NCBI GenBank assembly: GCA_938091905.1
Contig: CALKOM010000020.1
Span: 1 to 39,156 of the forward strand
Direction of reading: 5' to 3'
DNA from: an uncultured Verrucomicrobiales bacterium
GTDB lineage: Bacteria > Verrucomicrobiota > Verrucomicrobiia > Verrucomicrobiales > DEV007
DNA length: 39,156 nt
Position 1 is the stretch's first letter; the number at the start of each line of letters is the position of its first letter. A program made the translations under genes and the position numbers. Below, in pieces: positions 10,501-19,200 of this stretch. Under the pieces are notes generated by a model, which made no database searches, was not told the DNA's origin, and worked only from the letters and a program-made list of their open reading frames with translations.

Positions 10501-11148
10501 GCCGAAGCCATTCACACCGAGGCCAAGATGCAGCTGGAGGTTCACGGCCTCTCTGTCGACGACTGGTTGGGGGAGCTGACCCACCACACACTGGATTTCT
10601 TCCACAGTGATCTCGACGGTTTCCGACTCGCTGACATCTCCGATCGCCAGCGGTTGAACGAACTCGCTTTTCACTTCCCTATCGGCAATCTCACGGTGGC
10701 TCGCTTGGAACAATTCTTCGAGGAACACCAGCTGCTGTCTCGCCAGAACGCTTTCGACTTCTTCCCGGTCGAGGGTTTCCTCAAAGGGTTCATCGATTTG
10801 GTGATCCAACACGAAGGCCGTTATTTCATCGCGGACTACAAGTCGAACTTTCTCGGAGGCCACGCTGAAGACTATCATCATGAGCGTCTACCCAGCGTCA
10901 TGGCTGAATCAAATTACGTCCTCCAGTACCATCTCTATGTCGTCGCCCTACATCGATTTCTCAGCTACCGACTCGGCAATACGTACGACTACGACACCCA
11001 CTTTGGAGGCGTGCGTTATCTCTTTGTTCGCGGCATCAGCCAGGAATCTAGTCCTATATTTGGCGTCTTCACTGACCGTCCTTCAGCCTCATTGATAGAA
11101 GACTTGTCACAGTTCCTCACAGGACCACAGGAGGTCGCTCATGGATAG
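7558..11148 (+). CDS. recB: Exodeoxyribonuclease V subunit beta
   Basis: EASAGTGKT, TIHGFC, DEFQDTD, IGDPKQAIY, TVHRSKGLE and YVALTRA motifs, plus nuclease GFIDL...DYKSN...QYHLY. Start is 7558 or 7576. Confidence 0.95.
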   Translation: MSSFSIMHAFDPLDCPLRGCVFIEASAGTGKTHSITSLVLRLVLEKNVEMKEFLLVTYTNAATDELGRKTRERFHLALRQLNDTLPDDLAPDPLVTDLLKEQRIETTTAIKSLRDALLNFDELAILTIHGFCQRLLRDRAFESGQMFDTELEPDEASLVQDTLHDFWRLLVVRQNESFFSYLRQKKLGLPALMDLARTAMSQADADIVPESNEEAPHADLKSWEDLIAEVQAFLDSNENEILATINEAKLNGRVYQAKRTITWLADVRDWLAEPFPLPSTCDKLSRFTNTKLVENTKDGETPPSHAFFDLCDNLSDQGEVLEAMLEHQWVETKRDLLLFLRQRLPERKQLLNRFAYEDLLQNARQALQEESGTLAASLGQQYPIILIDEFQDTDPTQYAIFKHLHDSEDHRLLCLIGDPKQAIYAFRGGDIFTYTHARKQADHLATLGENWRSSPGLIEAVNTVYRVAPRPFWSSAIDYHVVNSPPISLDERQRTLVGEDADIAPMQLWQISEKGPREAEQQCVEATCQEIARLLQLGRDQALHVNGHAVAPSDIAILIRSHWQAPAFQECLQQLGVKTVSYERQHLFQTKEAECFDIFLRVLASPRDENLLKALLLSELMGFTNEDLKLALTDEGRWGSLLEMIGSYRAQWRAESFIVMFRRFLREEYLSQRLLALPNGERSLTNILHLSELVEEAQASKKLSIHATLQWYQDERDSSLSDEKELRLESDDDRVKIVTVHRSKGLEYPFVFMPYAWMGTDRSRKDKDYVSFHQAEQHGHRRVIDVGSESFDMHRGQAGEEALEEELRLLYVALTRAQHRVYLLFAPETKKYKASSLAYLWHHLESDLEGSLSDVKDRLERHTPMRFREDLAKLVGASNGTIALGTWENRNQVTLSQHESERAQAPRQFQAQPSRNWGITSYSSLAGHGETLETPDRDTPDPLPAPEIPAEQLSGMDALPRGARTGNMLHAIYENLSFQASAEAIHTEAKMQLEVHGLSVDDWLGELTHHTLDFFHSDLDGFRLADISDRQRLNELAFHFPIGNLTVARLEQFFEEHQLLSRQNAFDFFPVEGFLKGFIDLVIQHEGRYFIADYKSNFLGGHAEDYHHERLPSVMAESNYVLQYHLYVVALHRFLSYRLGNTYDYDTHFGGVRYLFVRGISQESSPIFGVFTDRPSASLIEDLSQFLTGPQEVAHG

Positions 11149-12865
11149 ACGTTTATCACTGTCTTCTCTGCAAGCATCGGGAGCGATCTCTCCAGTGGAC
11201 GTCCATTTGACCAACCTCGCGGCTCGACTCACCAACGAGTCCCGCCCAGATGTGCAACTTGCCATGGCTCTTGCTAGCCAATGGCCTCAACGCGGTCATG
11301 TTTGCGTAGATCTAGCGAAACTGGTTCCAGATGACCTTTGGGAGAGCCAAGAAATAGCACCAGATGAGCAGGACGTGGTGATGCCTCAGACCGCCAACTG
11401 GATCGCCTCCCTTAAAGACAGCAAAGCGATCGGTTCACCGGGCGACCAGACTCCCTTTGTGCTGCGGAAAGATCGTTGGCTCTATCTTCGACGCCACTGG
11501 ACCTACGAGAATGAGATCTCGATACGCTTAAGATCTTGGTTAATGCGAGGACAGTCCTCCACGCCAGGGCCACTTCACGAAGACAAACAAGAGCAAGCGG
11601 TTCAACTTGCCGCAGCACATCCATTCTTTATCCTCACCGGAGGCCCAGGAACCGGCAAGACGACGACAGTGCTACGCATCCTTGGTCATCTTCTTTCACT
11701 GCATCCGGAACTCAGGATCGCGCTCGCGGCACCTACTGGCAAAGCCGCCCTACGGTTACAAGAATCGATCGCAGCGGGAGTAGCGGCTCTTGAAGTCAAT
11801 GACGCCATTGCCACGGCACTGCTTACCCAGGCACACACACTCCACCGCTTGTTGGGCTATCAACGTCACCAAACGACTTTTAAACATCACGCGGATAATC
11901 CCCTCCCCTACGACCTAGTCATCGTCGACGAAGCTAGCATGATGGATCTGGGACTCTTTGCGAAACTCTTGCGAGCGCTAAAACCTAATACCCGCCTCTT
12001 GCTCGTCGGAGATCGTGAACAATTGCCATCCGTGGATGCCGGCGCGGTCTTTAAAGCCCTGTGTTCTGAACACAGTCCACTGCCTCGCGTCGAACTCACG
12101 CGCAACTATCGCTTTGCCCAGGACACAGGCATCGGCGCTCTCGCAGTCGCCATTCGCAATGGGGATGCAGACCTAACAGAACTTCTCTTGGCCGATGACC
12201 AAGATACGTCCTGCACTCAAGAACCCCTTCCAAGCGCCAGCCAGATGCGAGACGCTCTGTGGCAGAGACTTGGAGCCTATCTAAGAACATTAGCAAATTG
12301 TCCGGAACCTGACCAAGCCTTTGAAAAGCTCGACGAGCTTCGCATCCTCTGCGCGCATCGCAGGGGTCCGTATGGCGCCGAGACCATCAACGAATACGTG
12401 CGCGATATTTTAGCGACACGCATGGGCCAGAGCCGCGCACAGCGTTGGTATCCTGGTCGCCCAATCCTCATCACTGAGAACGACTACGCCGTCGAACTCT
12501 TCAATGGCGACACTGGCATCCTGCTTCCTTGGAACGGCAAGTTGCATGCCTTCTTTCGCACTGGTGACGGCAATTACCGCCGCATCCCTCCCGCCCGCTT
12601 GCCAGCTCACGAATCCGCATACGCCATGACGGTCCACAAGAGCCAAGGGAGCGAATTTACCGACGTTCTGCTAGTGCTCTCAGATCAAGCATCTCGCCTC
12701 CTCACCCGGGAACTGCTCTACACAGGCGTGACCCGCGCTCGGAATACCGTGTCCATATGGGGACCAATCAGCAGCGTACGAGCCAGCGTGGAGCGGCCTC
12801 TCCAACGCACTTCAGGTCTAGCCGCCTGGTTCAAAACAGTGAAGTTGATCCCGAAAGAGTCCTAG
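11141..12865 (+). CDS. recD: Exodeoxyribonuclease V subunit alpha
   Basis: GGPGTGKT, APTGKAA, TLHRLLG, DEASM, GDREQL, TVHKSQGSEF and YTGVTRA motifs. Overlaps the end of recB. Confidence 0.95.
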   Translation: MDRRLSLSSLQASGAISPVDVHLTNLAARLTNESRPDVQLAMALASQWPQRGHVCVDLAKLVPDDLWESQEIAPDEQDVVMPQTANWIASLKDSKAIGSPGDQTPFVLRKDRWLYLRRHWTYENEISIRLRSWLMRGQSSTPGPLHEDKQEQAVQLAAAHPFFILTGGPGTGKTTTVLRILGHLLSLHPELRIALAAPTGKAALRLQESIAAGVAALEVNDAIATALLTQAHTLHRLLGYQRHQTTFKHHADNPLPYDLVIVDEASMMDLGLFAKLLRALKPNTRLLLVGDREQLPSVDAGAVFKALCSEHSPLPRVELTRNYRFAQDTGIGALAVAIRNGDADLTELLLADDQDTSCTQEPLPSASQMRDALWQRLGAYLRTLANCPEPDQAFEKLDELRILCAHRRGPYGAETINEYVRDILATRMGQSRAQRWYPGRPILITENDYAVELFNGDTGILLPWNGKLHAFFRTGDGNYRRIPPARLPAHESAYAMTVHKSQGSEFTDVLLVLSDQASRLLTRELLYTGVTRARNTVSIWGPISSVRASVERPLQRTSGLAAWFKTVKLIPKES

Positions 12866-12936
12866 GTCGCGCAGCAGCAGTAACCGGCAAGGGTTGACTC
12901 GCGCACCATTACGGAGTCCACTATCGAAAGTCTTCC

Positions 12937-13419
12937 ATGCTAGCAACCATCATCATCCTTCTCGTGCTAGGCGTCGTTGCGATCGGCCTGGAGTTCTTCT
13001 TGCCAGGCGGAATCCTTGGAATCGTTGGCATCGCGGCCATCGCCGGTGCCATCGTCATGTGTTTCACCGAGTATGGACCATCGACGGGACTCATCGTGAC
13101 AACGGTCGCTGTCTTCTTCATCGTCGGAGCTCTCACTCTTTGGCTAAAATACTTTCACAAGTTAGGCCCTGGAAAGGACTTCCTTCTGAGCACCTCGGTC
13201 AGCAATGATGAGGCGCTGGAGCAATATCAGCAATTTCTCGACACCGAAGGGGTGACCAAGACAGATCTTCGCCCAGCTGGCAAGGCTCAGTTCGGCGACA
13301 AACGTCTCGATGTGCTCGCTGAATCTGGTATGATCGACGCTGATACTGCGGTCCGCGTCGTGAAAGTAGAGGGTTCACGCATCGTCGTTCGTCGCACAGC
13401 GCCTCCAGCAACAGTCTAA
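12937..13419 (+). CDS. nfeD: Short NfeD-family membrane protein
   Basis: Hydrophobic N-terminal helices with EFFLPGG. C-terminal TDLRPAGKA...DV...[10 protein letters not shown]-fold motif. Lies upstream of floA. Confidence 0.85.
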   Translation: MLATIIILLVLGVVAIGLEFFLPGGILGIVGIAAIAGAIVMCFTEYGPSTGLIVTTVAVFFIVGALTLWLKYFHKLGPGKDFLLSTSVSNDEALEQYQQFLDTEGVTKTDLRPAGKAQFGDKRLDVLAESGMIDADTAVRVVKVEGSRIVVRRTAPPATV

Positions 13420-13450
13420 AACATCAACTAACAACCATCTATTCAAGTCT

Positions 13451-14476
13451 ATGAACACCCCAATCTTAGCTGTAGAGGCCTGGCAATATGGTCTCTTTGG
13501 AATCGTCGCCCTGGTCGCCCTGGTCGTCGTCATCATCCTTCTCAAATTCTTCAATATCTGGCTGCGTGCCCGGGTTGCCGATGCGCCGGTAGCCATGGCT
13601 ACACTCATCGCCATGTGGTTGCGTCGCGTTCCCGTGGGACTCATCGTCGACAGCCGGATCACGGCTTCTAAAGCAGGTCTCGACCTTGTCACCACAGACA
13701 TTCTGGAAGCCCACTACCTTGCTGGTGGTGAAGTGAGCCAAGTCGTTCTCGCCATGATCGCTGCCGATAAGGCAGGTATCAAGCTGAACATCGAAAGGGC
13801 ACAGGCCATCGACCTTGCCGTGAAAGGCACGGGAAAGACTGTCCTGGAAGCTGTTCGCACAAGCATCAACCCAAAAGTGATTGATTGCCCAGGCACAGTT
13901 TCCGGAAAAGATAAGATCGATGCTGTAGCTCGCGATGGTATATCTGTGAGAGCCCGCGCCCGAGTCACCGTTCGCACGAACCTCGACCGGTTTGTCGGAG
14001 GTGCTACGGAGGAAACGATCATCGCCCGTGTGGGTGAAGGCATTGTGACTTCCATCGGCTCCGCGCCGTCTTACAAGGATGTTCTTGAGAATCCAGATAA
14101 TATCTCAAAACTCGTATTGGAGAAAGGCGTCGACGCATCCACGGCTTTTGAGATTCTCTCTATCGACATTGCTGATGTTGATCTTGGTGACAATGTGGGC
14201 GCTAAACTACAAACTGAGCAGGCAGAAGCAGACAAACAGATCGCACAAGCCAAGGCAGAGGTTCGCCGTGCTGCCGCTGTGGCGCTCGAACAAGAGATGG
14301 CTGCAAAGACGCAGGAAATGCGCGCCAAAGTGGTCGAAGCAGAGGCAGAAGTGCCGCGTGCCATGGCCGAGGCCTTCCGCAGTGGTAACCTCGGCGTGAT
14401 GGACTTCGCCCGTTACAAGAATCTCACGGCAGACACCGATATGCGTGATTCTATCGCGCGTGACGGCGAAGACTAA
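13451..14476 (+). CDS. floA: Flotillin-like protein FloA (YqfA/UPF0365)
   Basis: [49 protein letters not shown] and [13 protein letters not shown] motifs. Confidence 0.93.
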   Translation: MNTPILAVEAWQYGLFGIVALVALVVVIILLKFFNIWLRARVADAPVAMATLIAMWLRRVPVGLIVDSRITASKAGLDLVTTDILEAHYLAGGEVSQVVLAMIAADKAGIKLNIERAQAIDLAVKGTGKTVLEAVRTSINPKVIDCPGTVSGKDKIDAVARDGISVRARARVTVRTNLDRFVGGATEETIIARVGEGIVTSIGSAPSYKDVLENPDNISKLVLEKGVDASTAFEILSIDIADVDLGDNVGAKLQTEQAEADKQIAQAKAEVRRAAAVALEQEMAAKTQEMRAKVVEAEAEVPRAMAEAFRSGNLGVMDFARYKNLTADTDMRDSIARDGED

Positions 14477-14497
14477 CAACGTCTCTTAGCTGACGCC

Positions 14498-15034
14498 ATG
14501 CCGTTCGACATTCCAGAAGAGTCGATCTTCGTTCTTATCTTTCTCCTGATCAGTTTTCTAAACTGGATCGGCGAGAAAGTGAAGAAGGCCAAGCAGGCAA
14601 GCGCGCAGCGCCGCCCTCAGGTCCGCGGCTACGAAGAAGAGCCGCCAGCTTTCCCTACCGCTCCCGCACCTCAGGCCCCTTCTCGGCCGCAGCCTTCTCG
14701 GCAGGAGGATCCGATGCGTCAAATTCTGGAATCCTTGGGTATTCCGACCGAGACGCCCCCGCCAATTCCAGAACCGTCTCCCCCCATCGCTGCCCCTCGC
14801 CAAGAGTCGAGTGTGACCGAGATCAAGGACAAGGCCCCTTGGGGATCAAAGGGCCTTTCGGATAAGGAGAGAGCCGCCATGGAGAATCTCGCAGCAGGTC
14901 GGGTTGAGGCCACACGGCATCGTGACCGTGGAAGTATCAACAAAGAAGTGCGAAAGCTCCTCACTGCTGACAATACAAAAACGGCATTCGTACTCAAGGA
15001 AATCTTGGACCAGCCCAAGTGCTTCGATAGCTAA
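14498..15034 (+). CDS. Membrane-anchored Pro-rich protein (YqfB-like third gene of the nfeD-floA operon)
   Basis: N-terminal TM segment, Pro-rich middle, C-terminal AFVLKEILDQPK. Position directly after floA. Confidence 0.65.
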   Translation: MPFDIPEESIFVLIFLLISFLNWIGEKVKKAKQASAQRRPQVRGYEEEPPAFPTAPAPQAPSRPQPSRQEDPMRQILESLGIPTETPPPIPEPSPPIAAPRQESSVTEIKDKAPWGSKGLSDKERAAMENLAAGRVEATRHRDRGSINKEVRKLLTADNTKTAFVLKEILDQPKCFDS

Positions 15035-16014
15035 CGTTCGTCATGGCGTGGCTCAACGCTCAATATATAGCGCACGGAGAAGTCTTGCCGACGGCTTTCC
15101 GCTTCCCCACACCATGATTCGCTCCAGGCTCAAAGAGAAGATCGAATTCCTTGTCGGCGTCGTTAAGCGCGTTTAACACCTGTATCGTCGAGGCCGGATT
15201 TACATCCATATCGGGTTTGCCGACGGCTAGGGATAGCTTGCCTTGCCAGCAATGAGCCTGGGTGAAGTTTTATTGCTCTGCGTAAAGCGGTTCCATAGAC
15301 CAATCGATCCAACGCTCAGTCCACCATATCTTGTCCATGCGATTGTCGTGGTAATCACAATCGGCCACTGCAGCACAATTAAACCAAGGACAGGTGTCCG
15401 CGGTGATATGTTGTGCTTATGACTGACATTTACCGAGAGTGTCGAGCATCTTGCCAGGCCAGTGCTCACCGTTGTATTCCTCCTCGGGACACTTCCTGGT
15501 ATCTAGTTGTTGATGAGACGCTGATATTCCTCTACCAGCCTTAAGCAAAGCTTCATGGCGAAGGCTGCCTCTAATCTAAGCATGGCAAAACCCAGTGCCA
15601 ACGAACACCTTGAGATCAAAACTCAATGGCCGTCTTGCCATCCCCAGAACGCACCCGGATTGATTCCATGCACAGGGGTTCGTTCGTGAATGGCTCGCCT
15701 GTCTGGTCTGTTCTCCTAGGGCGATAGCTAGCTGAGTGTGATCGGGGGCTGGTCCGCCTTTCCCTGTGGCCGACTCAATTCAGCTCAAGCGATACGATAC
15801 ACTCCCGAAGCCAGCTCACGCCTGTAGATCAGGCGCTCTGCATCGTCCAGCCAGTGGGAATACAGGTGTTCTTGACCCGATATCGCTCCTCCAGAGCCGC
15901 CTCCGCCTTGTATGCATCCGCGCTTCCTGGGTCTCTAATCGCCAATGATGCGAGCATTGCTAGGAAATGAGAACTACAGACGACAAGAGACCACGAAAAC
16001 GAGAGCGAAAGCAT
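15031..16014 (-). pseudogene. Decayed S9 family (DPP-IV-like prolyl oligopeptidase) gene
   Basis: Manual minus-strand translation gives AVADCDYHDNRMDKIWWTERWIDW...[52 protein letters not shown], then a frameshift to [17 protein letters not shown]-terminal remnants GSADAY, HWLDDAERLIYR and ATGKGGPAPDHTQLAIAL lie in shifting frames. Confidence 0.85.
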
Positions 16015-16094
16015 GGGATAGACGAAGCAACGCCGGGAATGAAGCGATACCAAGCGCACAATCGTCCCTGACCACGCACCGGGACGAGCCTTTC

Positions 16095-16150
16095 AAGTTG
16101 ACCTTAGTTATTTGCAAAAGAATATTATTATCATAATTTCTATGTTAACC
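16095..16150 (+). promoter_or_regulatory. AT-rich putative promoter region upstream of the 2945-aa gene
   Basis: TTGACCTTAGTTATTTGCAAAAGAATATTATTATCATAATTT is an AT-rich patch in a GC-rich background. Exact -35/-10 boxes cannot be assigned. Confidence 0.3.
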
Positions 16151-16233
16151 TGTGCTTGCATAGTGCTTTCCGGTTCCCGAATCAGGGGTAGGCAACTGCG
16201 ATGTACAGCACCCTCCAATGCTAGAGACTGCTC

Positions 16234-19200
16234 ATGAGTTCACCACACGCACCTATCTCCCTTACGGGAACCTTCGATTTGGAGCCCCTCCGCGGGCCTC
16301 TCGAGGCCTGGAGACAACGCTTCGGTTGGGACACTGAACTGGTGATTCGCCCCGCCGCCAGTGATCCAGGCAAACTCGTTAATGAAGGTCTTAAACGTGA
16401 AGATGCTCACTCCATCAATTTCCTGATTGTCCGTCCGAGTGATTGGCCTGATTTTACCATCTCAGACTCCGCTGCCACTCGCAGTGGATCACAAAAAGAC
16501 TCCGCTGCAAACGCCTTCGCTAGCCAACTCCTCAACCAATGTGGTGAGGCTAAACACAATGTGATCGTTCTTCTTGCTCCACCTGAGGACGCCACCGGTG
16601 ACGATGCAAAGGCCTGTGCCAAGCAAGTCGAAAATCACCTGTTTGCGTCGCTGAGCAATAATGACCACGTCCATGTGGCGCGCTCTCCAGAATGGATGGG
16701 GTCCACGAGCGGCACCGATGGAGATCAAATCCCACTCTATCCGGCGCTCGCAATGATTGCTGCGCGCTTCATCCACCAAGCCCACCATCCCGCTCCTAAG
16801 CTTCTGATTGTCCACGACCATGACACTCTTTGGAAAGAAAGCCCGACGCTAGAGAAAAGCGATCCTATCAAAATCGCAGCGGAACACCGCGAGCTTCAAC
16901 GCGCCCTCGCTAGTCAGCGAGAGTCTGGAGCTCTCATCGCCGTTCTTAGTGATGGCCCCGATCACGCTGTTAAGCGGGCGATCCTCGATCACCCGGACAT
17001 GATACTGAAAGCTGACGATATCGTGGATGTCCGTCGCCACTCAACGTCCGCTCGAGAAGCAGTAGAATTGCTCGCGAAACAGCTAGGCATTCCAGGACAC
17101 CACGTAGCCTTCTTATCCAAGAGCGCCGATTTGGTTACCGAACTGCGCAAGCAGCGGTCAGACATCATCAGTATCGTCCTGCCGGAAAATGCGAATGAGA
17201 TCCCAGACTTTCTTGGTCACCTTTGGCTACTCGACAGAGACTTGTCTAACAAAGACATGGGATTAGACGAAGCTAACAAGCAACTGGCAGAGAGCAAACG
17301 ACGCCTTCTGCGCCAAAACTCTCGATCTTTCGCAGACTATGTGGAAGCGCTTGATGTCAAGGTCACCCAAGTTTCGCCAACGCCCGAGCAACATGCCCGA
17401 ATGGCTGAGCTGACTTCGCAGGCAACTCTATTCAATGCCACGGCCCGCCGATTCTCAGAAAGCGAGATCAAGACTTGGCTGAGACGACCATACCATTACG
17501 CAACACTCTTCCGCGTGCAGGACATTCACAGCGATCTCGGCGTCGTTGGACTTATCATGTTTGAGAGAGTCAAACGGACGTTGTTGGTTCATAACTTCCT
17601 CTTGGATGACATTGCCGCGTATCGCGGGGTAGAGAACAGAATGCTCGCTGACCTCTCCGAGATTGCTACGCAGCATAACTGCCTAGATATCGACCTGCCC
17701 TTCCTCTCTTCGGAAGACAACCGGAACACTCAAACGTTTCTTGACCAAATGGTCAGCCACTGCAGACAGGACCTCCCAGAAGAAGGTTGGAGCGTCTTTC
17801 AGGTTCCTATCAAACTAGCGAAGACGCTCGGCGATCGAGACACAGTAGAATTGAAAGAAGCCTACACATCGCCTTTGGACACTGAGGGTCATGTCGCACC
17901 ATCTGAAGCCATTCAGCGAATTGCAAGCACGTGGCGGACACTCTCTCAGTTAGACCACCAAAACTCTATCATCGAATCAGAGGCGTCCTCCTGCGCCCCG
18001 AGCGAAGATAGCCCACTTGTATCACCATTCATCGTCGTAAGCCCACCAGCAACCGACGACGCCGGCAAGGAATCGGCACCCGCGCCTCCAGATGGACCGT
18101 TTGCTCTCTCTCCGATTCAGTCATGGTTCTTCCATCAGAATATTGAAGGGCGAGATCATTGGAACAATGCGCTTATGCTCCAAACGAAGAAGCCTCTGGA
18201 TTGTAAGCTGCTTGAGAGGTCTCTCACGGAAGTGTCAAATCGACATGCTATCTTCCGTTTGAAGTTTCATCTCAAGACCGGCGAGTGGCGACAGGAATAT
18301 AGTAAGACCACTGGTGGCGACCTTCTCAGGGTTGTCGATCTAAGAAAGGCTTCTGACAATGGTATCCAAGACCAGATTGAGACGATCGCTGCGGCTACGC
18401 AAGGCAGACTGAACATTCGCCAAGGAGCTCTCTTACGCGCCGTCTACTTCGATCTAGGCGCGAAACGACCAGCAAGACTGCTCTTAGTCGCCCATCAACT
18501 CGTGATTGATTCCACCTCGTGGGGAATCTTCTTGAAAGACCTTGCTACGGACTATGAAGCTCGTTCCCATGGAGCCGATCCGCAATTCCCAGCAAAAACA
18601 GCTTCCTATGCGACGTGGCTTGAAGAGATCAGTCAAGTACCCAGAGTGGCTCGTGAGGCCTACATGGATGTTCTCGCGGATAGCGCTAGCGCCTCCATTG
18701 GCATTCCCGCAGACTTCGAGAATCCCGGCAGAAACATTGAGGGGAGTCAGGAGCAATTAGAAATAAGCCTCGATGAGGAAAACTCCAAAGTCTTGCTCAG
18801 CCAATCGCAGCCTGTTGAAGCCATCTTGGCTGCAAGCTTGGCCCATACGTTCCAGGCTCTAGAAGCAAAACCGACACTGGCCAACTGGACTTGGGAAGAC
18901 CGTAAGACCGTTACTAACGTTAGTCAGACTATAGGATGGTGCGAGCAATCGGCGCCCATCCTTCTTTCACCTTCTGGTAGCTTCGAAGACACCGCGAACA
19001 ATCTAGGCAAACAACTTGAAACGCTTCAGGAGATTCATGGAATTGGAAACCCCGACACAGATCTGCCTGCGCCGTGGATGAGCTTTCGTCACCGCAAAGC
19101 GACTACCACTGAGCTAACCGCAGAATGCTTGTTCCAGCCCTCTCAAGAAGCCGTTGGTGCATTGCACAGTCCGAGAGCCCTCCGTAGCTACAAAGTTGTC

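Noticed and set aside
14904..16136. Short ORFs 14904-15176, 15227-15469, 15766-15948, 15829-16059 and 15945-16136 as independent genes
   Set aside because: Explained as off-frame, antisense or partial readings of the decayed S9 peptidase. 15829-16059 contains its N-terminal remnant.
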